Shown here one piece after another: positions 19,055 through 29,041 of a DNA stretch of 64,000 nucleotides; within the stretch, counting starts at the first letter, position 1; the number at the start of each line of letters is the position of its first letter. Under the pieces are notes generated by a model. It was not told the DNA's origin. It made no database searches and was given only the letters and a program-made list of their open reading frames with translations. The position numbers were made by a program, and so were the translations under genes. Origin of the DNA: Nitrospirota bacterium (GTDB lineage Bacteria; Nitrospirota; Thermodesulfovibrionia; Thermodesulfovibrionales; UBA9159); assembly GCA_021790195.1 (NCBI GenBank), contig JAJYIF010000003.1:4459-68458 (forward strand), written 5' to 3'.

Positions 19055-21712
19055 ATGCAATGGCATCAGAAAAATGCAGAAGACTCTTTCAAGCAACTGA
19101 ACTCCTCGTCAAGAGGTCTTTCTCCTGAAGAAGCGCTGAAGCGTCTGGGCGAATTCGGACCGAACGAACTGAAAGAAAAAAAGAGTAAGTCTCCTTTCGT
19201 GATGTTCCTTGGACAGTTCGCGGACTTCATGATCCTTGTCCTGATCTCTGCTGCCATTATTTCGGGGGTCATGGGCGAATTGTCGGACACCATAGCGATA
19301 ATTGTGATCATTGTCTTGAATGCAGTTATCGGATTCATACAGGAATACAGGGCTGAGAAGGCGATGGCCGCGCTCAAGAAAATGGCTGCACCGTCTGCAA
19401 CGGTATTACGAAGCGGCCTTCCTCTTACGATTGCGGCAACCGGTATCGTGCCGGGAGACATAGTAAGCCTTGAAGCCGGCGGAATTGTTCCCGCTGACCT
19501 GAGATTGACGGAGGCTGTCCGACTGAGGGTGGAAGAGGCAGCGCTCACCGGAGAGTCTGTCCCTGCCGAAAAACATACGGGTGTTCTGCATGATGAGCAT
19601 CTGCCGCTCGGTGACAGGAAGAATATGGCGTACAAAGGGACGTTCGTCACCTACGGTCGTGGTGTGGGCATTGTCGTCGCGACCGGAATGAATACGGAAC
19701 TTGGCAAGATTGCCGCGATGCTTCAGGAAGAGGAGGAGGTGAAGACTCCCCTCCAGAAGAGGCTTTCGGGATTCGGCAGGAGGCTTGCTATAGCGGTACT
19801 CGCGATATGCGCAATAGTCTTTGGCATCGGAATTGTTAGAGGGGAGGAGCCGATGCTTATGCTGCTCACGGCCATTTCCCTTGCCGTTGCGGCCATCCCG
19901 GAGGCCCTGCCCGCCGTAATTACGATTTCTCTTGCACTCGGCGCAAGGAAGCTGGCAAGACAGAACGCGCTGATAAAGAAACTGCCCGCGGTTGAGACTC
20001 TCGGCTCGGTGACCTATATATGCTCCGATAAAACAGGCACGCTGACTCTGAACAAGATGTCTGTTGAAAAAGTTTATGTCAACGAGAAGATAGTGGATGG
20101 TCCGAAGTTATCTGTCGGCAGTCGGCAATCTGGAACCATCGGGGAAAAGTCTTACGACTACCGGCTGTCGACCGTCGAGTATCTTATGATTGCCCTTGCA
20201 CTGAGCAATGATTCAGAAATCGATGTCTCGGGAAATGTGATAGGCGACCCGACCGAGGTCGCGCTGCTCAGCGCTGCGCGTGACGCCGGCTTTATCAAGA
20301 AGGCGCTTGAAGAGTTTTACCCCCGGATCTCCGAGATACCGTTTGATTCAGAAAGAAAGTGCATGACCACATTCCACAAGTGGGTCGGCGGAAGATTCAT
20401 CTCTTTCACAAAGGGCGCAATAGAGATAATGATCGATAGGTCGGCCCATATTTTGACATCCGAGGGGAAGAAGGGCGTCGATTCGGCCGACATAGGAAGG
20501 ATTAATGAAGCAATGTCCGCCGAGGGATTGAGGGTCCTTGGAATCGGCATGAGAGTGTGGGACGGCATTCCCGGTGATATGTCTTCCGAAAATGTTGAGG
20601 ACGGACTCACCCTTCTCGGTCTTGCCGGCATGATGGACCCGCCGAGGGAAGAGGCAAGAGAGGCGGTTCGATTATGCAGAGGCGCCGGGATAAGACCGGT
20701 GATGATAACTGGCGACCATCCGCTGACCGCGAAAACGATAGCAAGACGACTCGGAATTCTTGGGGATGATTCAAAGGCGATAATTACAGGAAGAGAACTT
20801 GAAGAATTGCCGCTTGATGAATTTGAAAAGAGGGTGGAACATATCAGCGTTTACGCGAGGGTCGCCCCGGAGCAGAAGCTGAGGATAGTAAAGGCACTTC
20901 AGGAAAGGGGGCAGTTTGTTGCGATGACCGGCGACGGAGTAAATGACGCGCCCGCGCTGAAGAGGGCGGACATAGGAGTCGCTATGGGCATCACCGGGAC
21001 CGATGTTTCGAAGGAAGCGGCGCACATGATACTTCTGGACGACAATTTTGCGACCATAGTGAAGGCCGTGATGGAAGGGAGAAAGATATACGATAATGTC
21101 AGAAAATTCATAAAGTATCTCCTTACTACCAACTCCGGGGAGATATGGACCCTCTTTCTTGCCCCGCTGGTTGGACTGCCTATGCCGCTTCTGCCCATCC
21201 AGATACTCTGGATAAATCTTGTCACGGATGGACTCCCGGCCCTTGCCCTTTCTGCAGAGCCGGCCGAAAGTGACGTAATGAAGCGACCTCCCAGACATCC
21301 GAAAGAGAGCATATTCGCACATGGCCTCGGCCTTCACGCCATATGGGCAGGACTGCTGATGGGTGGTATCGTGATCGCTGCGCAGGCCTGGTCGGTTAAG
21401 ACCGGTCATGCACACTGGCAAACAATGGTGTTCACTGTGCTGTGTCTGACGCAGCTCGGTCACGTTCTTGCAATAAGGTCGGAAAGAGCGTCTCTTTTTA
21501 CCATGGGTCTGTTGTCAAACAAATACCTTCTGGGAGCAGTAATACTGACTTTTGTTTGTCAGATGGCAACGGTCTACGTTCCTTCATTGAATTTCGTATT
21601 CAAGACAGAGCCGCTGACTTCGAGTGAGCTCGCGGTGACCCTCGTCCTTTCGTCCATAGTGTTTTTCGCGGTGGAGACGGAAAAACTCGTCAGAAGGATG
21701 ACGAACAAATGA
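19055..21712 (+). CDS. Cation-translocating P-type ATPase (type IIA, Ca2+-like)
   Basis: Motifs TGES, PEALP, DKTGTLT, TGDGVNDAPAL. Confidence 0.93.
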   Translation: MQWHQKNAEDSFKQLNSSSRGLSPEEALKRLGEFGPNELKEKKSKSPFVMFLGQFADFMILVLISAAIISGVMGELSDTIAIIVIIVLNAVIGFIQEYRAEKAMAALKKMAAPSATVLRSGLPLTIAATGIVPGDIVSLEAGGIVPADLRLTEAVRLRVEEAALTGESVPAEKHTGVLHDEHLPLGDRKNMAYKGTFVTYGRGVGIVVATGMNTELGKIAAMLQEEEEVKTPLQKRLSGFGRRLAIAVLAICAIVFGIGIVRGEEPMLMLLTAISLAVAAIPEALPAVITISLALGARKLARQNALIKKLPAVETLGSVTYICSDKTGTLTLNKMSVEKVYVNEKIVDGPKLSVGSRQSGTIGEKSYDYRLSTVEYLMIALALSNDSEIDVSGNVIGDPTEVALLSAARDAGFIKKALEEFYPRISEIPFDSERKCMTTFHKWVGGRFISFTKGAIEIMIDRSAHILTSEGKKGVDSADIGRINEAMSAEGLRVLGIGMRVWDGIPGDMSSENVEDGLTLLGLAGMMDPPREEAREAVRLCRGAGIRPVMITGDHPLTAKTIARRLGILGDDSKAIITGRELEELPLDEFEKRVEHISVYARVAPEQKLRIVKALQERGQFVAMTGDGVNDAPALKRADIGVAMGITGTDVSKEAAHMILLDDNFATIVKAVMEGRKIYDNVRKFIKYLLTTNSGEIWTLFLAPLVGLPMPLLPIQILWINLVTDGLPALALSAEPAESDVMKRPPRHPKESIFAHGLGLHAIWAGLLMGGIVIAAQAWSVKTGHAHWQTMVFTVLCLTQLGHVLAIRSERASLFTMGLLSNKYLLGAVILTFVCQMATVYVPSLNFVFKTEPLTSSELAVTLVLSSIVFFAVETEKLVRRMTNK

Positions 21713-22266
21713 ACCCGCTGGAGGTCATCGCAAAGTATTACGCACCGGGCTCGATGGCGTATCACTTTCTTGTTCAGCACAGCAGACTGGTGGCTCGCAA
21801 GGCGCTGGGGATAGCCGGTAGAATCGAGCGGCTTAAACCCGACCTCGGCTTCATATATGAGGCCGCCATGCTCCATGACATAGGAATCCTATTCACAAAT
21901 GCGTCGAAAATAGGTTGTTACGGCCATAAGGAGTATATCTGCCACGGCTATTTAGGAAGGGAATTGCTTGAGACTGAAGGCCTGCCGGGACACGGTCTTG
22001 TTTGTGAGAGGCATGTGGGCATGGGGATCACGGTCGGAGACATAAAAGAAAATGCCCTCCCTTTGCCCGAAAGGGACATGTTGCCTGAATCGATAGAAGA
22101 GAAGATCATCTGTTTTGCGGACAAATTCTTCTCGAAGAGCGAACATGAACTGCTTCAGGAAAAGCCTTTGGAAAAGGTCAGGAGCATTGTAGTGGCGTAC
22201 GGCGAAGAAAAGCTCAGGTTGTTTGACGAATGGTCGCGTCTGTTTCTCGATAAGACGGCTCCCTAA
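21709..22266 (+). CDS. HD-domain phosphohydrolase
   Basis: Motifs HS..VA, LHDIG, H.G.G, ADKFFSK. Confidence 0.85.
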   Translation: MNPLEVIAKYYAPGSMAYHFLVQHSRLVARKALGIAGRIERLKPDLGFIYEAAMLHDIGILFTNASKIGCYGHKEYICHGYLGRELLETEGLPGHGLVCERHVGMGITVGDIKENALPLPERDMLPESIEEKIICFADKFFSKSEHELLQEKPLEKVRSIVVAYGEEKLRLFDEWSRLFLDKTAP

Positions 22267-22838
22267 ACCACCGTCTCCATAAACATGAAACCGATGTTCT
22301 CCAGGATAAAGAACAGGATGCAGAGGATCCAGAGCACGCGTTCAACGGTATTGGGCCGAATCTTTGTCGAGTGGAGTACGCCGAAGGTGGCCAGGAATAA
22401 TGCGATCGAGGCCCATTTCATCCCGAAGGGCGAAATCCAGAGTATGAGCAGGGAGATGTAGATCCCCAGCACGAGATAAGGTCCCCAAAGATACCACTTG
22501 CCTGCCTGTCTCTTCTTCATCCTGCGCGCCCTCAGGGCGCCGATCATATGGACCTGCCACCATGATCCAAAGAAGAGGAAGAGCACCCCATATCTGTCGA
22601 GTCTCGCCAGCGTAATGTCCTGGAGCGGAAAGGCCCTTGTCTCCACGGTCCATATCGTGAATATAAAGATGGCAGGGACCAGAGCAGAAGAGATAAAACC
22701 CAAGGCGTCCAGCACAAAGTAACCCAGCGGAGTGTCTTCCCTGCCCGCCTTTTCATCCCTGGCCGAGATGAAGAATTCGAGCCCAAGTAACAAGGGTATA
22801 ATCAAATACGCTAGCTGCTGATACCTGTAAGCCTGCAT
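22263..22838 (-). CDS. Hypothetical multi-pass membrane protein
   Basis: About 6 hydrophobic segments; RBS GAGG. Confidence 0.65.
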   Translation of the reverse strand: MQAYRYQQLAYLIIPLLLGLEFFISARDEKAGREDTPLGYFVLDALGFISSALVPAIFIFTIWTVETRAFPLQDITLARLDRYGVLFLFFGSWWQVHMIGALRARRMKKRQAGKWYLWGPYLVLGIYISLLILWISPFGMKWASIALFLATFGVLHSTKIRPNTVERVLWILCILFFILENIGFMFMETVV

Positions 22839-22909
22839 TACCTCTACCTCTCCCCGCCCTCAATGAGACGAGTTTTCTTTTTTATCTTAGAAGCGAGACG
22901 ACCTTTATA

Positions 22910-23647
22910 TTATAACGTATTTATCTTATGCGCCAGACAGCCGGCGCCGAAACCGTTGTCGATGTTCATGACCGCGATCCCGGGGACACACGAGTTCAGC
23001 ATAGCAAAAAGAGCAGTCAATCCGCTGAAACTCGTCCCGTAACCCGTGGATGTCGGAACGGCGATGACAGGCCTGTCGGTCAATCCGCCTACGACAGAGG
23101 GTAGGGCGCCTTCCATTCCCGCGACGACCACGACAACCCTTGCCTCAGAAAACTTCCTCTTCTTGTCGAGGAGCCTGTGGATCCCGGCGACCCCCACATC
23201 GTACTCCGTTTCGACCTCACTTCCGAGAAATGAGGCGGTGACCGCGGCCTCTTCCGCCACCGGTATATCGGAAGTGCCGGCAGATGCAATCATTACCAGC
23301 CCTTTCCTCTTCACCTTAACGGCGCCGGCAGAGATCACGCCGGATGCGGGATGATAGACTGCTTCCTCAAGGCGCAGGCAGTCATACACCTCTTTTGTCG
23401 CCTTGGTAATCAGGAGCCTTCCCGACCTCCTGTACATGGCCTTTGCTATGGACCTTATCTCAGCCGCTGATTTTCCCCGGGCGAGTATTACCTCCGGCAC
23501 GCCCTGAAGGAGATGCCTGTGATGGTCCACCTTAGCAAAAGAGAGATCTTCGTAGGGGAGGTGGCTGAGTCTGTCCACTGCCCTTTGAACGGACAGAGTT
23601 CCCTTCTTTACTGATCTCATAATGGCTGCCACTTCCGACTTATGCAT
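22910..23647 (-). CDS. larB: Nickel pincer cofactor biosynthesis protein LarB (PurE-like)
   Basis: Motifs AGTSDIPVAEEA, DVGVAGIHRL, AGMEGALPSV, NIDNGFGA. Confidence 0.9.
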   Translation of the reverse strand: MHKSEVAAIMRSVKKGTLSVQRAVDRLSHLPYEDLSFAKVDHHRHLLQGVPEVILARGKSAAEIRSIAKAMYRRSGRLLITKATKEVYDCLRLEEAVYHPASGVISAGAVKVKRKGLVMIASAGTSDIPVAEEAAVTASFLGSEVETEYDVGVAGIHRLLDKKRKFSEARVVVVVAGMEGALPSVVGGLTDRPVIAVPTSTGYGTSFSGLTALFAMLNSCVPGIAVMNIDNGFGAGCLAHKINTL

Positions 23648-24635
23648 TGAACTCCGTCTTCAATGCCCGGTTCATCAACTCCCTCACTGCGTCGCCGGGG
23701 TCCTTGCCCTCGTAAAGCAGCTTGTAGACCTGCTCCACAAAGGGCATCTGGACATTATATTTTATCGAGAGCTCGTATGCGGATTCGGCAGTTGCGACCC
23801 CTTCCACGACGCTCCTGGATTCGGAGAGTATATCGTTCAATTTCCTGCCCGAGGCGAGTTTGGTCCCGAGAGTATAGTTCCTGGAGAGTCTTGCCGTACA
23901 CGTAAGGATCAGGTCCCCGAGACCGCTCAATCCCGAAAAAGTATATTCTCTGGCGCCCATGGCCACGCCCAGCCTTTTTATCTCCGTGAGACCCCTCGTC
24001 AGGAGTGCGGCCCTCGCATTGTGACCGAGCTGAAGGCCGTCGCAGATGCCCGAGGCGATCGCGAGAACATTCTTCAAGGCACCCCCAAGCTCTACGCCGA
24101 GGATGTCGTCGTGCGTATAGACCCTGAAGTACTGGGTGTTGAAGATCTCCTGGAGCAAAAGGGCGGTAGGGGTATCTTCGCAGGCTATTGTGACGGCCGT
24201 TGGCAATTTTCTGGCAACTTCGTCCGCAAAACTCGGGCCGGATAGCACGGCGACCTTATGCTCCGAAAACTCCCTTATTATGGACGAGCCGGTAAGGAGT
24301 GTCTTCTTCTCGATGCCCTTGGCCGCATTAATGATGACCGAGTCGCCGGCGATATGCTGCAGGGCGCTCCGGACTATTGAGCGCATGAATTGTGACGGAA
24401 CAACGTTGAGTATGTATCTGGCGTCGTGAACGCACCTTTCGATGTCGCTGGTGAAAGTAACGTTGTCGGGCAGGGCGAAACCGGGGAGATAGACCCTGTT
24501 GACCCTTGCCGCCTTCATCTCTTCACAAAGGTCTTTTTCGTATACCCACAGAGAGACGTCATATTCCTTCTCAGCAAGAAGCCGGGCTAGGGTTGTCCCC
24601 CAGCTCCCGGCGCCTATGACCGCTATGTAACTCAT
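23640..24635 (-). CDS. gpsA: NAD(P)H-dependent glycerol-3-phosphate dehydrogenase
   Basis: Motifs GAGSWGT, SGPSFA, GGALKNV, GLGDLILTC..SRN. Confidence 0.95.
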   Translation of the reverse strand: MSYIAVIGAGSWGTTLARLLAEKEYDVSLWVYEKDLCEEMKAARVNRVYLPGFALPDNVTFTSDIERCVHDARYILNVVPSQFMRSIVRSALQHIAGDSVIINAAKGIEKKTLLTGSSIIREFSEHKVAVLSGPSFADEVARKLPTAVTIACEDTPTALLLQEIFNTQYFRVYTHDDILGVELGGALKNVLAIASGICDGLQLGHNARAALLTRGLTEIKRLGVAMGAREYTFSGLSGLGDLILTCTARLSRNYTLGTKLASGRKLNDILSESRSVVEGVATAESAYELSIKYNVQMPFVEQVYKLLYEGKDPGDAVRELMNRALKTEFNA

Positions 24636-24773
24636 CGATCTTTGACTATAACAAAAAATTTACCGCATAGGCAATAACAGCGCCGCTGTTGCACGAGATC
24701 ATGCCGTCGTGAGGGGCGGGCACAATCCGAGCCGCAATGAGGCGTCCGATGCGAGAGGAGACCGGCGAAGGGA

Positions 24774-25772
24774 CTATTTCGCAAAGATCTCAGGGATGAT
24801 TCTCTGGTATTCATCGCCGGGGATTTGCGACTTCCATTTACCGGCTGCCATACCGAGGCCTATGACTGCATAGAAGATGAGAAGCAGGATGATAGGGTAT
24901 AAATAGGGTCTGAACGCCCTGCGTTTACGGCCCCTGCCGAAGGTCATATCGAGCGCATCTCTGGAAGGACAGTAACTCACGCAGGTCATGCATCCGAAAC
25001 ACTCCGGAGAGCTTACTTCCTGCTTCTTCTCCACATCGAGAAGAGACGGGCAGTTTTCGCTGCAGGCACGGCAATGCACGCATTTCTCATTGTCCCTTCT
25101 TATCTTCACGGGACTGAGCCGGCTCAGAAGACCGAGGAGCGCGCCATATGGACAGAGATAGCGGCACCAAAAGTTCTTGTAAAGCAGAGACAGCGCGCCG
25201 AGGGCCGATAGCACGCAGAGCGTGAGCACAGACATCTGGGCAAAGACATTCATGGTTCTTACGTCGGCCGTCTTGTAATAATCCGATATAAAAAAGAGCG
25301 TCATCAGATTGGGGGGCATCACAACTACTATGGCGATCAGGAAGAGAGCCATAAGGATATATTTCATAGACCTGAGAGAACCATCGATATATTTCTCCAT
25401 CCTGAAGTTTCTGCCGAACATTCTTTCTCCGGCCATCCAGAACAATTGAGAGACCGTTCCTATGGGACATATCCAGCCGCAAAAGCCTTTCTTCATCAAG
25501 ACCGACACAGCGAGAACCGCTACGAAGATGACCAGCGCAGCCGGATGAAAAGGTTCTACTATGCCCGTAAAGAGAAAGAATTTCAGGGACATCAGCCCCG
25601 AGATGGGGAGGAACGCGTCAACCGACGACGGCCTTTGAACAAAAGGGTGTCCCTGCTCCCTGAAATGAAGGACAAATTGATAGAAGGAATACCCTATTTG
25701 CAGGCTCAGAAGTAGGAATGCTGACTGGAAGGCATATCTGAGTCTCCTGATATATCCCTTTTCGAATTGCAC
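24774..25772 (-). CDS. Membrane-bound 4Fe-4S binding protein (YccM/NapH-like)
   Basis: Motifs FCGWICPIG, WCRYLCPYG, CVHCRACSENCP, CFGCMTCVSYCP. Confidence 0.88.
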   Translation of the reverse strand: MQFEKGYIRRLRYAFQSAFLLLSLQIGYSFYQFVLHFREQGHPFVQRPSSVDAFLPISGLMSLKFFLFTGIVEPFHPAALVIFVAVLAVSVLMKKGFCGWICPIGTVSQLFWMAGERMFGRNFRMEKYIDGSLRSMKYILMALFLIAIVVVMPPNLMTLFFISDYYKTADVRTMNVFAQMSVLTLCVLSALGALSLLYKNFWCRYLCPYGALLGLLSRLSPVKIRRDNEKCVHCRACSENCPSLLDVEKKQEVSSPECFGCMTCVSYCPSRDALDMTFGRGRKRRAFRPYLYPIILLLIFYAVIGLGMAAGKWKSQIPGDEYQRIIPEIFAK

Positions 25773-25870
25773 ATCTTATGATAACGCAAGTCGACTTCGG
25801 ACGGTATGATATGAATCATGTCTCTCTGGGAAAAAAGCTTACCGCGGCTTTCGGGACTCTCGGTCCGGGG

Positions 25871-26350
25871 TCACTCTACAATGCAGATGGCCTTGCCTGT
25901 GCCATGATTGATAATCTTTGATGTCACGCTGCCCATTAAGAGGCGCTTGGCTGGTGAAAGGCCCCATCTTCCGATCACGAGTGTCTGGTAGCCGCCGTCG
26001 GCAAGTTCCTCCAGTATACTGTCTGCAACGTCCGTGGAATCGGAAACGCCTTTTGTTTCTATCTGTTCGTCCCGGATGCCCCTTTTGAGGAGCGCTTCCA
26101 TTGCCGAACGGAATATGGGCTCAAGTTTCAACTGCTGATTTCTCAGCCAGATGTCGACGACCTCCCTCCTGACCTGTCTTTCCTCTTTCGTGAGTATATG
26201 ACCGTCGTCCCAAAAGGAAGTAGGCACATAGGGCAGGACATGCAAAAGGGTTATGCGCAGGTCCTCGATCCCGGAAAACTGGTGACCTGCATAATCGACC
26301 GCTCTCAAAGAGCCCTCCGAGCCGTCAACAGCTATGAGTAGCTTTCTCAC
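25871..26350 (-). CDS. Universal stress protein
   Basis: LIAVDGSEGS..AV.YA; GRWG...LMGSVTSKI. Confidence 0.88.
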   Translation of the reverse strand: MRKLLIAVDGSEGSLRAVDYAGHQFSGIEDLRITLLHVLPYVPTSFWDDGHILTKEERQVRREVVDIWLRNQQLKLEPIFRSAMEALLKRGIRDEQIETKGVSDSTDVADSILEELADGGYQTLVIGRWGLSPAKRLLMGSVTSKIINHGTGKAICIVE

Positions 26351-26395
26351 GATTTCTCCTCTCTTTCACATGTCCGGAAGCTGCCGGCCAAACTG

Positions 26396-26692
26396 TCATC
26401 GGATGCAGGACCTCAGCGGTTCGAGCTCGATGATTCCCTCCTCGGACAGGACTTTCCTGTGGAATTCACAGTCATGACAATAGAACTTCCTGTGAGTGAA
26501 GGATCCGGTAATCCTGCCGAAGGAATAAGTCCCGACGATGGCCCAGCAGATCCTTCCGCCGTTGATGCCTCCGTTCAGCCCGTCTACGGACGAATATATC
26601 GCTGCCGGACATACCCCGAGTTCCTTCGCATTCCTACCCCTGGGTTCTCTGCCGCATTTCATAAATTCCCAGCAATTGCTTTTCTTTGCCAT
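26396..26692 (-). CDS. Two-CW domain-type small Cys-rich protein
   Basis: NCWEFMKCGRE..GVCPA..GGRICW..CHDCEF; RBS GGAGG before MAKK. Confidence 0.75.
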   Translation of the reverse strand: MAKKSNCWEFMKCGREPRGRNAKELGVCPAAIYSSVDGLNGGINGGRICWAIVGTYSFGRITGSFTHRKFYCHDCEFHRKVLSEEGIIELEPLRSCIR

Positions 26693-26914
26693 GACATCTT
26701 CCTCCTTCTGTCCGACATCCGGCTTATACTCATACTCTACTTTTATCATGCAAACCATCGCTCGTCAAATATAAAAAGCAAATCCATCCATAGGGATTCT
26801 TTAATGTGCTAGCCTGGGCAAGGCGGCGAATTGACAACGGTGAGGAAACATGCTCAAATCTATATAAAGGATGAGCGGGACAAATTCAGCGAGAATTGGA
26901 GAGTGGAGGTCAAT

Positions 26915-27202
26915 ATGAAACGTCGGTATGCTGTCTTCCTTATTAGTGTCTTCGCCTTAGCGGTCCTTTGCGGCTGTTCCGGTATCGAATACGGAAGTTA
27001 CTATTATTTCCCGACATATCCTTACGAGTACTCTGATCCCTATAATGATTATTATCTTTACAACTATTACTATTATTCTTATCCGTACGTCTATCGTTTC
27101 CCGCCGAGGCCTTACTATTTCGACGAGAAGAACCGTGAGTTTCGCAGCGAGGAGTCCGAAGAGCGCGAAATTCCTCCTCCGGAAAAGGGGAGGGAGAAAT
27201 AG
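26915..27202 (+). CDS. Tyr/Pro-rich putative lipoprotein
   Basis: Signal peptide with LCGC lipobox; RBS GGAGG; Tyr-rich body. Confidence 0.65.
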   Translation: MKRRYAVFLISVFALAVLCGCSGIEYGSYYYFPTYPYEYSDPYNDYYLYNYYYYSYPYVYRFPPRPYYFDEKNREFRSEESEEREIPPPEKGREK

Positions 27203-27231
27203 CACTTCGGTCTGTGCTTCAATAGTGCATA

Positions 27232-28218
27232 GTGCGAAAGATATTTATTCATCACAATGGCGCGCTCGGGGACGTTCTTCTTTCCCTGCCTGCGATTCAG
27301 GCACTGAAAGGGCAGGGTTATCAGATTCATCTGGCGGGACGGCAGGACATTGTGAACTTTCTGAGAGATTTCGGCTGCATATCTGCCGGATTACGTTCGG
27401 ACGACCCATTGTTTCTCACGCTCCATACGGAGAAGGCGGATAGAGACGTAACAGAATACCTGTCCTGCTTCGACAGAATATATGTCTTTACAAGGGAAGA
27501 AGATTCGGAGCTTGCTGCAAATATCCGCTTGCTTTTTGCCGGCGCTCGTAGTATCCGCACGGTTCCGCCGGCCGGTCTTCGGAGACATGTGTCCGCTTAC
27601 AGATTGGAGCAGGTCCGTCCCGATGCAAAAGTGGCCAACTATCCCCTTCTTGCGGTCCCCTCGAATTATCGGGAAATGGCAAGGGCGGCACTGCAAAGTG
27701 GCGGATACGGCTTCAAGGACCATCTGATCGCCATACATCCAGGGAGCGGGAGCCGAAATAAGTGCTGGCCCATGGACCGCTTTATAGAATTGATGAAGAG
27801 TATAAAGACGCAGATCAGTTGCTTCTTCGTCCTTTTTTCGGGCCCCGTGGAAGACGGGAAACTGAGAGAGGAGATCGAAGGGTGCGCTGAGGATCTTGGA
27901 AAAGACTGTCTTTATATCTCAGATGCAGGACTCGGCACAGTCGCTTCCCTGTTGAGTCTCTGCAGTCTCTATATCGGCAACGACTCGGGGGTCACGCACC
28001 TTGCCTCTTCCGTAATGAGCAGTAAAGTAATTTCTATCTTCGGCCCCACGGACCCGGTATTATGGGCGCCCAAATCCGACAGGTGCGTTGTCGTTGCGGC
28101 CGGGGATGAATGTTCTCCCTGTGACGGAAGTCTTCGCAACAGCAAGGAGTGCGGGACGAAGTGCCTTCGCGATCTTCCGGCCGGGAGGGTCCTGAACCTG
28201 GTCAGGTTTGCCTTTTGA
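27232..28218 (+). CDS. Glycosyltransferase family 9 (LPS heptosyltransferase-like)
   Basis: Motifs GALGDVLL, HPGSG..K.WP, GNDSGVTHLA, FGPTDP..WAP. Confidence 0.9.
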   Translation: MRKIFIHHNGALGDVLLSLPAIQALKGQGYQIHLAGRQDIVNFLRDFGCISAGLRSDDPLFLTLHTEKADRDVTEYLSCFDRIYVFTREEDSELAANIRLLFAGARSIRTVPPAGLRRHVSAYRLEQVRPDAKVANYPLLAVPSNYREMARAALQSGGYGFKDHLIAIHPGSGSRNKCWPMDRFIELMKSIKTQISCFFVLFSGPVEDGKLREEIEGCAEDLGKDCLYISDAGLGTVASLLSLCSLYIGNDSGVTHLASSVMSSKVISIFGPTDPVLWAPKSDRCVVVAAGDECSPCDGSLRNSKECGTKCLRDLPAGRVLNLVRFAF

Positions 28219-28270
28219 TTTTTTTCATTGCGTAAGCCGCGCTGCTCTGTTACATTATCTGCTATCGGAT

Positions 28271-29035
28271 ATGATCGCGATCTCACTTCAATCGGGCAGC
28301 AACGGCAACTGCATTTATGTCGAAACGGAAGATGTGAGGCTGCTTTTTGATGCAGGCATATGCGGCGTAAGGGCGGAGGAGAGGCTTGCGGCCTTAGGTC
28401 ACGATATCAGAAGCGTCGATGCCCTTGTGATCTCGCACGATCATTCCGACCATATCCGCTATGCGGGCGTATACCAGCGCAAATATGGCCTTCCACTCTA
28501 TCTGACCCGGGAGACCCTAACGGCTGGCGAGGCGAGGCACAGCCTGGGCCGTCTGGATGACATCAGATATTTCCGCTCGGGCGATATTGTCAGGATCGGA
28601 AATACCATTGTGCAGACCATCCCCACCAAACACGACGGGGCCGACGGGTCTGCCTTTGCAATATCCTCGAACGGAAGAAGACTTGGAATACTTACGGATC
28701 TCGGGCATGTCTTCAGGGAACTCGAAGAGGCAGTGTCTCTGCTCGATGCGGTATTCATAGAGAGCAACTATGACCCTGAAATGCTCTCGAAAGGTCCATA
28801 CCCGGCCTTTCTGAAAAAGAGGATCCTCGGTCCCGGGGGGCATTTATCGAACGCGGACGCTGCAGAACTGCTCGGCTCCCATGGCGGACGTCTGAAATGG
28901 GCTTGCCTTGCACACCTCTCGGAGCATAACAATCGCCCTGAAATAGCCCTCAGGACCCACCGTGAAATAGCCAGACCGGCTTATGCCCTGCACGTAGCGA
29001 GCCGCTATTCTGCGACAAAGGTACTTGCCGTTTGA
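28271..29035 (+). CDS. MBL-fold metallo-hydrolase (YycJ/WalJ-like)
   Basis: Motifs SGSNGNC, SHDHSDH, TDLG, ESNYD, GHLSN, HLSEHNN. Confidence 0.88.
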   Translation: MIAISLQSGSNGNCIYVETEDVRLLFDAGICGVRAEERLAALGHDIRSVDALVISHDHSDHIRYAGVYQRKYGLPLYLTRETLTAGEARHSLGRLDDIRYFRSGDIVRIGNTIVQTIPTKHDGADGSAFAISSNGRRLGILTDLGHVFRELEEAVSLLDAVFIESNYDPEMLSKGPYPAFLKKRILGPGGHLSNADAAELLGSHGGRLKWACLAHLSEHNNRPEIALRTHREIARPAYALHVASRYSATKVLAV

Positions 29036-29041
29036 GGCGGC

